NCBI GenBank assembly: GCA_054600435.1
Contig: BAAIJX010000009.1
Location: forward strand, 310,001-374,000
Reading direction: 5' to 3'
Length of the DNA: 64,000 nucleotides
Source of the DNA: Neophaeotheca triangularis
Taxonomy: Eukaryota
Made by a program: the position numbers and the translations under genes. This document shows, piece after piece, positions 43,453-54,425 of the stretch; within the stretch, counting starts at the first letter, position 1, and each line of letters begins with the position of its first letter. Below the pieces are notes generated by a model that made no database searches, was not told the origin of the DNA, and saw only the letters and a program-made list of their open reading frames with translations.

Positions 43453-46107
43453 ATGCCATCAATCCGCTTGGACAGCCAGGCCGGAGTTGATACGCAAAAG
43501 GCCAAGAAGACCAGCTCAGGCGCTGCCATGACACCAACGAAATCTCTTCATCAGTCCGGTTCCCACAACAGCGAAGAAGCGGAATCGGACGATGATCAAT
43601 GGATGAGAGGTGATGAGCTTGATGACGGGACAACCTCTGACGTCGGAAGCGACGACTCCTTCGGTGGCAAATTTGTCGACGACAACGATACCGAGACTGG
43701 CAACGAGACTAATCCTATTACCTTGGACTCTGATGCGCCTGGTGAAACCGAGCGTGGACTTGAGGTTCGTCCGTGGCGCAATTGGGACGAGTCCACCCGC
43801 AGGATCCAAGAAGAGGCCTACTGCAACGTTATGGCGACACAGTTGAACGATTCATGGGCAGACACCGAGGACTACCAGCGAGAGCGGGACAAAGAGATGT
43901 TGCAATACATGCAAGATTATCCCCTCCCAGACTGGGTCATCCCACAAAAGCAGGCCAGATTAGGCTATCACCGCTTGCTCGAACGTTCTCGCTGGCGTGC
44001 CCTAGGTCAGCCTATCTTCGGATTCCAGCATCACAGAGAGCTTATCCCAGGAAGCACTCCATCTGGGCCCGCGACAAATCGTCCACCAGTCTTGGGAGGC
44101 AATGGGCCTGCCAATCGGGCAGGCCAACAGCCACCTCAAGCGCACGGTTTGCCGATGAACGGACATCACATGGCGAACCACCAGCCCCCCCACCCGCACA
44201 TGCATCGGCAGCAATCGTTCGCGTATCAACCAGGGATGATGCAACAGCATCATTTACAAGGCAATCCACCTGTTCATATCAATGCACAACGGGTAAGTTT
44301 CTCTGGCATCGTGTCTGTTAAAGGGGTTCAAGGCACTGACGACATGCAGCAAATGCCGCCACCTGGAGGATATCCCCCTCAACATCTACATCAGCGCCCT
44401 ATGGCAATGCCAGTCAACGTCCAAATGCCGCCAGGACATCCAGGGATGTTTTACGGCCCGGGGAATGGTCATCCAGGCCCGCATCTTATGCCGGGCCAAT
44501 CGTTCCAAGACAGGCGCGTGTCGAGCCGTATCGCAGCCACCAAGCCTGAAGCTTACAACCAATCCAGCAAGCCGAACAGTAGAAGGCATCCTCCACAATC
44601 ATCCACCCCGGAGCCACCACCACCGACTCCACCCTACAAGAGCAGGCCGAAGCCAGCGGAACCTCCGGCCAAACTCAAGACCAAAGGCAAGACCAAGCGT
44701 AAACAGGCTGAAGCCGAAGAGTACCCCTGGACACGCCAGATGGATTTCGCCATGGCGAAGGCCTACGCCAAATGGGACATGAGCATCTACTCGAAAGAGC
44801 GACTGGACCAGATGGAGGCAGTGCGGAAGTTAAATGAAGAGCCTATCGCGAAGGTCGACAAAGCCAAGGATGAAAATCAACGTAAGTGCTATCGTGACCG
44901 TTCTCTCACCCGATTGTTTTCTGACAGCAGGCTTCTAGGTACTAGAGGCAACCGTAAGAAGGATGACGAGAGTAGCGAGCCCGAGATGCGCTCTTCTCCA
45001 AGCACGAAAGAGAAGACAGACAAGAAGAACAAGAAGGCCAAGAAAGCCACCACAGAAGATGCCAAAGAAGACCTCAAAGCCAAGCACACAGATGGCAACC
45101 AAGAGGCGTACCATTCTGGCAACTTTGCTTTCGCAACTATGGAGGATCAGGCCTTGGCCGAGTCACTTGGTTTTAATTTTGTCTCGGACTTGATCGACGC
45201 TGGAGTAGCGGGTACAGTTCCGTTAGACGCTTGCGAAAACATCACCATCATCTGGGCCCCAAGCAAGAAGGCGAACTATCAGAACTTGGAGCAGGCTCGC
45301 TTCACAGTCAGAGACACCGTCTTGACCCGCAAACAGCTCGCCGACACTCCAATATTGAACGGAAACGCTGCTCGTAGCATTGTCGACTTTTGTCCGGACC
45401 TTCTCTGGCGCGACACTCTGTTGCGCATAGTCGCAGAGGCCAACTTCGGCAACAAAGAAGTCCGAGACCGCTACAGCGCCAATGGATGTCTTTGCGACAA
45501 GGCAACAATGACCAAGCGCATCAGTGCCGCACTCGGCCAGAAGCAGAAGCAGGGCAAGACGGGTGGATATGGTCCTGGTGAAGAGGAGTGGTATACCGAG
45601 AACCTTCGGGAGTACCGCCAGTACGCCAATTGGTTCGGTCCGCGCAAAGATCATCGTTCTGCATTCAGGACCGTCAACACTGGAGTCAAGCGCAAGGCCG
45701 ACGAAATTAGTACCACGAGTTCCGAACCTGCGACTCCCATCACCAAGACCGAGCCTCCCGCGATCGTTGTCGATGCAGCGAAAGGTGGTGACGGTGTCGA
45801 GGAAGGGCGCGATGAAGAAGACGAAGACCAAGACTTGATTGGAGAAGGTGGTGAGTTCGTGCGCGACAATGTGGATGGCCGCGACGACCATGAGGGCGAA
45901 TATATGATGTCGGGCGGCAATCCGGACGCTCCTCGTTTGCTTGAAGAGCGCGCGCAATCGCCCGTTGCGGGCATCTTCAGCGCCTCGCCTGCGACCGGCG
46001 ATCAGGCTCTAGGCGAAGACGACCTCAACATGGGCGAGAGCGGCGATGAGGATGACTGGTACTCGATCGAAGGTTCTGATGATGCCGATGCAATGGATCA
46101 GGACTGA
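43453..46107 (+). CDS. Hypothetical probable nuclear protein (~850-880 aa) with two probable in-frame 57-nt introns (44293-44349, 44882-44938)
   Basis: 896-codon ORF with acidic ends, a Q/H/P/M-rich middle, K/R-rich NLS-like patches and a compact region DFCPDLLWRDTLLRIVAE...KATMTKRISAALG. Confidence 0.8.
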   Translation: MPSIRLDSQAGVDTQKAKKTSSGAAMTPTKSLHQSGSHNSEEAESDDDQWMRGDELDDGTTSDVGSDDSFGGKFVDDNDTETGNETNPITLDSDAPGETERGLEVRPWRNWDESTRRIQEEAYCNVMATQLNDSWADTEDYQRERDKEMLQYMQDYPLPDWVIPQKQARLGYHRLLERSRWRALGQPIFGFQHHRELIPGSTPSGPATNRPPVLGGNGPANRAGQQPPQAHGLPMNGHHMANHQPPHPHMHRQQSFAYQPGMMQQHHLQGNPPVHINAQRVSFSGIVSVKGVQGTDDMQQMPPPGGYPPQHLHQRPMAMPVNVQMPPGHPGMFYGPGNGHPGPHLMPGQSFQDRRVSSRIAATKPEAYNQSSKPNSRRHPPQSSTPEPPPPTPPYKSRPKPAEPPAKLKTKGKTKRKQAEAEEYPWTRQMDFAMAKAYAKWDMSIYSKERLDQMEAVRKLNEEPIAKVDKAKDENQRKCYRDRSLTRLFSDSRLLGTRGNRKKDDESSEPEMRSSPSTKEKTDKKNKKAKKATTEDAKEDLKAKHTDGNQEAYHSGNFAFATMEDQALAESLGFNFVSDLIDAGVAGTVPLDACENITIIWAPSKKANYQNLEQARFTVRDTVLTRKQLADTPILNGNAARSIVDFCPDLLWRDTLLRIVAEANFGNKEVRDRYSANGCLCDKATMTKRISAALGQKQKQGKTGGYGPGEEEWYTENLREYRQYANWFGPRKDHRSAFRTVNTGVKRKADEISTTSSEPATPITKTEPPAIVVDAAKGGDGVEEGRDEEDEDQDLIGEGGEFVRDNVDGRDDHEGEYMMSGGNPDAPRLLEERAQSPVAGIFSASPATGDQALGEDDLNMGESGDEDDWYSIEGSDDADAMDQD

Positions 46108-46549
46108 GTCGGGCAAGCAAGCAAGTTATTGAAGAAACGATGGCGGGGGCAGCAGGTGTGGCATTGGTCATTCAGATGGGAGAAAACAGTTGTGGCGCGA
46201 CGGCGCGTCAATCAGCATTGTTATAACATATTGTGCTTTGCACGCTCGGCTTACGATATGCGCTTCTTCAGAAGTGGACAATAGCAGATGATACCTTACC
46301 TTAGCATTATTAGAATTGCGCTTTCCTTCCCTGTACTCCCTTTGAGGTAAGTACGTCGATTGGACATCAACTGTTGACGTTACGACGGGCAGTCGGCTTT
46401 CACTATGTTGTCTCGTCTTTTCGGTGAAGAGTCTTGGTCTTGTTATTACTACGTCGCGCTGAACGTTGCTGCTTCTATCCGCTTTGAATTTATTCATCAG
46501 TATTAATAGGGACATTCATGCGAACAATCGTTTCCCCGTGATTGTTAGC

Positions 46550-48661
46550 ATGGAAGACTGGCGACCTGATCATTCACTCGGCCGACCACCCGAATCACCA
46601 AAATCCACTGGCACCAATTCATCAACAGAGGGTTCCGAAAGCGAAGGCTCACAAAACGAACCGAGTTCAGGAGGACGATTACAAGAGCATGTTGGAGACG
46701 AGAAATGTACAACCCGAGCTGTCTCACCACCCTCACCAACTACCATCCCTCGCGCAATACCGTTGTCAGATCTTCCTATCCCAAGCGTCTCGCCATTACC
46801 GATAAATAGCGATGAGTGGCAAGAGGACACGAATACAAGAGACGATACACCTAGTCCAGCCGCTCCACCATCCCCAAGACCTGCGACCAGAACGCTTTCC
46901 CTAGTAGAACCTCCAATCACGCGCCCATCCAACGATGCCCCAATCGAGCCCCCCATTCCCTTCGATCCCTACCAGCGCCCCTCTTTGCTATGCAGACCCC
47001 GAAGAAGATCTCTAATATCCCGCGGCCCACTAAAGCGCACCGACCATTTCAACGAACTACAAATCCTCCCATGGTTCGACGACCCCCGTCCATCGCACTT
47101 CAGCCCAGTCCAAGAGGCAAGAGAGACTGGGGTAGTCTCACGCCGCTACAGCACTCCTCTGAACGCTTTTTCTTTCCGCTCGCCCACGACGTCAGACACT
47201 TATATTTGGACGCTCGCGGATCGCTATGAGGCCGAATGCGCGGCTCAACGTGCTCGGGTCGCAGCGATAACACAAAGTCTGCGCGACGCTGAGGATCGAG
47301 GGGTGGGCTTGAGGTCACCGGCAGTGTCGGCAGTAGCACCAGGAGGCGTGATAGCGTCTATTGAGAGGCCGGCAGGGACGTCACGAGAGTCGAGTGAGGG
47401 TCAAATTCTGGAGTCGCCATCTCGAGAAAGTCTATCGCCACCCGAGAGAGGGTTGAATGTGTTGACAAGCCCTTTCACAACGGTGCAGGAAGCGGCATCC
47501 TTTCGCGACCAAGACGGTCATCGTGCTTGGTCAGCGCCGGTGGAGCCATCTACTGCTTCTCGAGATGAGTCTCGCCCTTTCATTCCACTGTTTGTACCGC
47601 CTGGTCCGATCTTTCGAAACAAAACAGCCTATGAAAACACAAGTGGGCCTTCTCCGCCCGATGAAGATGTGGACTCCGAGCCAATTTCTCCGAAAACATC
47701 GCCTTCGCCATCCTTACGCGCGAAGAAAACGCAAGTCCAGCAACCACCAACAGAAAACCAAGACATCGGCGAGTGGCTTTCGTCGCAGAAGCACGATTCA
47801 AGAGACTCCATGGCTGTGGGGACGTTGAAACAGGAGCTTGAGAGGAACGAGAGACTCAAGGCTATGCTTGCGGACTTCGAAAAGGCTGAGAACTCCCATG
47901 CCGGAACCCCTTTGCGCGATCCGACGAACACGATGATGCCTCCAGCGCCACCTCCACGTTTGCGACGGCAGCCCTCAATGCTGTCTCAGCTCGCTGATCA
48001 GACGTCCAATCTCGAACTCGCAGCTTCTCCAGTGCGAGGAGATAATGCCACGCCGGATCCCGAGCCGAATGGCCAAACCGCGCCGCGTAGGTTCATCAGA
48101 GCGGGCACCCCAATGCCCGATTCTGGAGCGGCAGCTCAGGACATAGTAGAAGACCGCGTCCGCTCGAGCATCGCCTGGCCCCCAACACGAGGTCCTTCCG
48201 AAGGCTCCGTATCACTCGGTACGAAACTGGACAACTTTTGTCCCTCGGCATTAGCCCTACTATCCTCACAGTCCGAACATGGCATCTCCACCTACATTCC
48301 CAGCAGCGCTTTTAGAAACTCCTTCATGGGCTTCGACAGCTGCGGCGCGCCTCTGAGACTTGATGGAGAAGCTCGCGGCTCTGATGCGTGCGGTGAGAGT
48401 CCAACTTACCATGAGTTGAGATACCGAAGACCAGGGGGTTTGTCGGAGCCGCTTACCGGCGACGACATGCGTGCGCTAGAGCGCAAGGCTCGTAAGCGTG
48501 ATCTTCGGACTTTGAGGAATCGCGAGAAAGCGGATAGGAGGTCTGGGTGTGAGAGGACTTCGTCTGAGCAGACGGAGAAGAGCTATTCGCGCAAACGGCG
48601 TAGTTCTTCCCTGAGCTCGTGTGAGGGGAGTGTTAGCTCGAGTGGAAGTGGTGATGGGTAG
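46550..48661 (+). CDS. Hypothetical Ser/Pro-rich disordered protein (~703 aa); possibly the 5' part of a larger interrupted gene
   Basis: Long ORF from ATG 46550. Its TAG is followed by an open, coding-like continuation in the same frame. Confidence 0.65.
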   Translation: MEDWRPDHSLGRPPESPKSTGTNSSTEGSESEGSQNEPSSGGRLQEHVGDEKCTTRAVSPPSPTTIPRAIPLSDLPIPSVSPLPINSDEWQEDTNTRDDTPSPAAPPSPRPATRTLSLVEPPITRPSNDAPIEPPIPFDPYQRPSLLCRPRRRSLISRGPLKRTDHFNELQILPWFDDPRPSHFSPVQEARETGVVSRRYSTPLNAFSFRSPTTSDTYIWTLADRYEAECAAQRARVAAITQSLRDAEDRGVGLRSPAVSAVAPGGVIASIERPAGTSRESSEGQILESPSRESLSPPERGLNVLTSPFTTVQEAASFRDQDGHRAWSAPVEPSTASRDESRPFIPLFVPPGPIFRNKTAYENTSGPSPPDEDVDSEPISPKTSPSPSLRAKKTQVQQPPTENQDIGEWLSSQKHDSRDSMAVGTLKQELERNERLKAMLADFEKAENSHAGTPLRDPTNTMMPPAPPPRLRRQPSMLSQLADQTSNLELAASPVRGDNATPDPEPNGQTAPRRFIRAGTPMPDSGAAAQDIVEDRVRSSIAWPPTRGPSEGSVSLGTKLDNFCPSALALLSSQSEHGISTYIPSSAFRNSFMGFDSCGAPLRLDGEARGSDACGESPTYHELRYRRPGGLSEPLTGDDMRALERKARKRDLRTLRNREKADRRSGCERTSSEQTEKSYSRKRRSSSLSSCEGSVSSSGSGDG

Positions 48662-48916
48662 GACTCATCTACGGAGAAGAGCGAGAAGAGGAGGGGGAAG
48701 AAGAAGCATCGAAAGCTGACGTCGCCTCACCCTGATCTTCTTGTGAATGTTCAAGAGGGTGCTACTGGTTCCGAGTCGCAACACTCACGTGACGCGCTTG
48801 GCGCTTCGGCGGCAGCAACCTCACCTCACGCCAGCTCAAGTGAGGAACTTTCGCACCTCGACGAGGGTCGAAATTTCTCAGCCACGACACCTACGACTCT
48901 TCAACCTACAACCAAC

Positions 48917-50470
48917 ATGTCGGACATCACCAAACACGGTAAGTTTTCTTTGTACTTACCTCGGCCTACAACAGGCATAGAAGCAAACGTGCTGACTCAC
49001 CTTGAAGACACAGAGATGGAGGACGGCAAAGACGATGGCGGCTACGGGCCCACTCCACCGACCACCTCCACACCCACCAAGCTCGAGGAAGAGACCCCAA
49101 AGAAGACCTACTTCCGTTCCACGACTGGCGGCAAAAAAGTCAAGGGAACATTGCCCTTGATGCCCTTGACTCCCTCACGTGTCCCTTCCGCCGACATGGA
49201 AGACGTCGACCCCAAGAACAACCACAAGTACGTATGCAAGGATCACCGCTACGGCGACGATGGCAATGAGATTTCCTACTTTGTCGGCCTCCTTGGTAGT
49301 GAAGTCAGCTCAGGCAAATGGGTGGCGCCCCCTCAGCTGGGCAACTTCGGGCAGCCACTGGTTGAGGAGTACTGGTCAACGCGTGCTCCAGAACTTCAGC
49401 AGCCTAGTTCTGAGTCGCAAGACGTGGACATGGATGCTCCAGCTGAGGCAGATGAGACGCCGAGCAAGAGGAGGAGCGATGCTTCCATCGATCTGGCCGT
49501 GTCTGCTAGTAAGAGGTTCAAAAAGCTAAAGCTTAACGTCAGAGATCCCGAGGCTGTGTTTGGCTGGCGTCGCTCCGAGTGTGGCCGCTACTTGGAGCAC
49601 GAGGTGGGCAAGGCGGATGGTCTTGGCAATCGTCGCTGGATCATCGCCGACGACATGGAGGGGCTGGACTGGGACGAGCGCCGCGAAAAGTACTGGGACG
49701 CTCACCCGGAGGAGCTGGTCAAGGCCACGCAGACGCTGCAGTACTTCGACGAAGGTGGCATGGAGGAGGTCTTCAGCAACCGCTTGTGGGCTTCGTTCTT
49801 TGTCGACAAGCGCTACATCAAGTTCCACGGCGGCGCCATCGGCTCCAGGGGTTTGAAGGGGTGGTTCGAGATGCCCGAGTGGGAGAAGCGGGAGCGAGCT
49901 TCTTACGGACGCGACATGGTCGAGTTCTGGGACGGACCGCTGAAGAAGTGGTGGAAGCGCGTAGATATCAACATCGAGTGGGAGGCTTTGGGAGAAGCGC
50001 ACCAGCAGAGCATGCAGGGCCTCTTCACCGCTGCTCCAAGCACGCCCGTGGCGAAGACAAACTCCTTGGGCAAGTACTAGGCGAACGGACGCAAGGAGGT
50101 GAAGGTTGCTGAAGCTGGTAAAGCGACTTTGTCGTTTACTCCGCCAGTGAAGCCTTCGGTTCGCGGCCCAGATGCGCAGTATCGATGCAAAGAGCTGAGT
50201 GAGAAGCAGGAATACGAGGATTGGTGGAATAGTCTCGAGCTTTCGTCCAACGATGGCACGTCTATAGATCAGCAATCAAAGTAGCAATTTTTGCCCGGCA
50301 GGGTAGATGGCAAGACTGGGCAGTATATGAGCCAGGCTTATGAAGACGACGACGAAGAGGACGACGACGACATGGACTCGGAGGAGGAGGATATGATGAA
50401 TAGGCTTCGTGAGGTTGCTGAGAGAGCGCAGCGAAGGTATGAAGAGAGGAAAGTTGGTAGAAGGCAGTAA
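48917..50470 (+). CDS. Hypothetical protein with three tandem degenerate chromo-like domains; intron 48939-49007; 3' end uncertain (stops at 50080, 50284 or 50470)
   Basis: Strong codon bias over 49010-50040. Repeated pattern [YE]-V-x-[DG]-[HW]-R...Y/H-x-V...W-[VIF]...[YF]W. A possible GC-AG intron at 50070-50123 would remove the first TAG. Confidence 0.65.
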
Positions 50471-51339
50471 GAGTAAGCGGGAGAATAGGTAGAGACAACT
50501 CTTCCTTGCTTACCGTTAACAAAGCGACAGACACTACTGTCGTTGTCTGTTAACAGAACAGAGACGCATCACAGGCGTCCAGCTGAAGTCAGCTCGGGGT
50601 TTTCCTTCGCCTTGAGGAGATAGATACCTGACTTAGGCTCTCGGATGTCGTACTCCATGGTCGGATGTCGGCCCGCGGTAGACGTCCAAATCATAATTCG
50701 CCGGTAAAAAGGCGTGTAGCGAAATCGGCACACAAGTTATTGGTGAGGTATTAATTGTTGCTGCCCAATATCTTTTTTTCATATCTGTCTGGAATTCGTA
50801 ATTGGTCCACTTTGATTGCCCCCTCGACAGAAAATAGCTCGAGCATTGGGCAGTGGGCACTAACTTACTGTTCAGCCAGGGAAAGGGTCTGGATGCGAAG
50901 CTACTTGCTGTTTGCTGCCAACGCCCTTGTTCGAATCGGCCACGATTATTCGACCACTCTACAGTACTTCACCTTCGTCGATCGCTGGAGTACTTTTGCC
51001 CTTGCATAACCGGCTATCAATACCGAGCATACACGGCCGATAGCTCCTTCGACCCGGGGCCGGTGAACGAGAAGGATCACAGTCTATGCCCCGCACATAA
51101 AAACAGTTGATAGAGAGGACAGGGGCATGTGAAGGGGGTGTATGGTTAGTCTGGATGGAGCTGCAAGGATGATGGGAAACGGAAACTACCAGCTCGCCAA
51201 CGCAAACCGAGCAAGCCTCCAGGGCGTTTGGCCCTCGACGTTGCACCGCAGCCTCTACTTCCCCACCCGCATCACGAGGACTGGTAGAGTGTGAACTCGT
51301 GGAGCGCATCTCCCTACCTAGGCAGGTAGCAAGGTACCA

Positions 51340-54300
51340 ATGCCTACAACAAGCTCAGGACGAGACTCGAGGCGCAGCTCCAAGTCTGGAAACACGGCTG
51401 GTGATGCACGTCCTGCTCAGAAAGGTCATAGGCGCGAGAATAGCTCGCAATATCACGCCACGTCGCAGTCGGCGCGGAGAGGGAGCCTGAAGCCGGCAGA
51501 ACCGAGCTCTGGCGGCGCACCTGCTCGACCCGGTTTGCAGATTCGTACCTACTCCGCGCCGCTGATAGAGGGTCGTACAAGAGTCGCCAGTGGCCCAGCT
51601 ACCGGGAATGGGAGTGACGAAGCAAGGGGGGAGGAGAGACTTGACTCTTCAGAGCGTCAGGAATTTGCACAGGGCACTGGGGCTGCTGTAGAAGGAGGGC
51701 AAGATGAGGATGAAGTCGCGGGCGCCGTGGGTGCCATACGGCAGTTCCGACCCTTTCGGAGTCCAGAGGTACGATACTCCCTAGCCGGGGAGAAGCAAAC
51801 GAGACAAGTTTGGAGACTGATTGTGCGTTGTTCTGCAGGTAGCTGAGCCCTTGCCAGAGCTGAATATCGCGGTGGTGGGCAATGCAGGCGTTGGCAAATC
51901 GACGTTTGTTCAAAACGCCCTTGGGCTACCTTTCCCTCTTCCATCCGAGGCCGCCGAGCGCATGATACCTTTGGAAGGTGGCACATACCTCGTAAGACTT
52001 TTGGAGCTGTCCATCGACGACGTCGACTTGGATGAAGACGGGACATTCACTTGGCCAGACACGATAGGAGATAAGAGTATGCCACGAGTGGACGGCGCAA
52101 TAACGTTGTGGGATGTTACGGATAAGGATAGTTTGGAAGATATACCTGAGATGTTGAGTAAGTCTCGGGACTTTGCCATGAGACATCTCGCCGCCTGCCA
52201 GACGAGGCGCCATGCTGTGCTGGACACTGACCCGTTACAAAACAGAAGCATTCAGCACCGCAGCGCTGCCCTCAGTTTTCATCTCGTGCAAGTGCGATAT
52301 ACCACCTCTAGACCGCGCTGTTGACCCCTTGATTATCGAGCGCGGCGCAAAACGTGATATCAAGCACTTAGATACCCTTTCAACGTCTGCTGCTAATCCA
52401 GAAACGCACAAACGCGGTCTTTCGATGGCGCTTTCTGCAGTCCTGGCGCGTCTCGCAGGTGGGTCTATTATGGAACTAGCGTCTCATGGGAGCTTACATT
52501 GACTTTGTGCCTGCAGAAATCCGAAATCGCAGCCCCTCCCCTTCTGCAAGACGAAGATCTCAGTCTAGCGCGGTGAGGCCTGTATCGCCACAACCACCCA
52601 GTCTTCGCGGTCACTCGCGTGCAAGTTCTGAATATACTGGCAGCTTGCTCAAGGACCCAAAACACGGCCGACACGACTCTAGCTTGGCTGGATACGGGAC
52701 CGGCGAGCGTCTCAGCGTGCCTCGAGAAGGGTCGAATGAAGATGGGATGCAACGCTCATTCCTCATCGAAGAATCTGGCGGTGAAGAATCTTCAGCAGAC
52801 TCTTCAGCCAGGACTTCAGTATCGGACGACAGCCCGCAACAGCAACATGTCCAATCGACCGTCGAAGGAGCTGCCGAAGATCTCAACAATGGTGCCACCT
52901 TCGACAGCCTCGTTGACCAACTGTTGACCCAGCCTACTTCAAAGAACGACACGAGGTTCGTCGCCATTTTCCTCGCGCTGTACCGGAAGTTTGCCGCTCC
53001 AGGATTACTACTCGAGGCGATTGTCGAGCGATACGACTTGCTCGATCGCGAGAGCAATGCTCAAATGATTCGGACCGTCAGCCAGCTCCGGTATCTGAGC
53101 GTCCTTGAACAATGGATCTCCATGTACCCGGGGGACTTTGCTCACCCCAAGACAAAAAGGCGTATGCGGACGTTTGTTTCGAAGCTAGCGCAGACTCGAA
53201 TTTTCGCAGCTGCAGCCAAAGAAATGAGCACTCATCTCGACTGCGTCCACGAGGACGACGACACCGATTGGGAATGCAATGACAAGGACCGTGAGACTCG
53301 TACCAATGATCGACGATGGACTTTGTCCTCAACTGCCAGCACACTCATCGATGACTTATCTTTCGTCTTCTCAGACGACATGACAGGCACCACACTCACC
53401 GATGATGCAGGAATCCCATCAACAATGGGCACGACCGACAAAACACGCACAGGCTCAGGCTCCGGCTCCTCATCCACCTCTTCATCCCAAGTGATGATCA
53501 ATGTCGAAACTGCACAACGCCAAGCACAGCTACTGCAACCAATACCGCGGCAAACACTAACCAAAGACCACTGGCGCGCCCTCATGGCCATTGACGACGC
53601 CACCATCGCCCGCGAACTCACCCGCATCGACTGGATAATGTTCTCCTCCATCCGACCGCGCGACCTAATCCGGCAAGTCTCCCTCTCCGCCACAGCCAAA
53701 GCCCGCTGCAAAGACCTCCTCCACGTCAACCGCATGATCGAGCACTTCAACCAACTCGCAGCCTGGGCCAAGAACTTCATCCTCCTCCGCGACAAAGCCA
53801 AACACCGCGCCCTCATACTCGAGAAATTTATGCGCATCGCCCGCAAACTGCGCGAACTCAACAACTACAACGCCCTGGGCGCCGTCATCGCGGGCATCAA
53901 ATCCGCCGAAGTTCACCGCCTCAACGCCACCCGCGAGCTCATCCCCCAACCCGTAGGGAAAGACTGGATGGTCTTGGAAATCCTCATGTCGCCGACGCGC
54001 TCGCACTCGTCGTATCGGTTGGCTTGGGAAAATAGCTCGAGCGAGCGGATTCCTTACCTGCCGCTGCATTTGCGGGATCTGGTGAGCGCTGAGCAGGGTA
54101 ATAAGACGTTTGTCGCTGGCGACGAGGCCGCGGTTAATTGGAAGAAGTTTGAAATCATGGGGGACGTTGTTGTCGCAGTGCAGAAGGCGCAGGGCTCAGT
54201 TTACAAGGGTTTGGGGGGAGTTAAGGGCCACGAGGGGATCAGGGAGTTGTTGTTGGATTTGAGGCTTGTCAAGGATGAAGAGGTCAGTCTTTTTGTTTGT

Positions 54301-54425
54301 TGCTTTAGTGATGCGGGATTGCTAACGTCGGAGATGACCAGGAGCTCTACGAACGAAGTCTTCAATGCGAGCCCTCGGCGGGTTCGGGCGGTACGGCGCG
54401 GTTCCGTGAGTTTTTCAAGAGATGA
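51340..54425 (+). CDS. Ras guanine-nucleotide exchange factor with an N-terminal Ras-like P-loop domain; exons 51340-51768, 51839-52157, 52246-52458, 52517-54282, 54342-54425
   Basis: NIAVVGNAGVGKSTF P-loop and SCKCD (G4-like), a REM domain (ATFDSLVDQLL...FLALYRKF) and a CDC25 domain (IARELTRID...LRELNNYNAL...IPYLPLHLRDL...NWKKF). Canonical introns join in frame. Confidence 0.92.

Noticed and set aside
46550..50470. TAG codon reassignment as the explanation of the in-frame stops
   Set aside because: Conserved genes in this window (CYC1, BIT61-like, Stc1) end at TAG at their expected C-termini.
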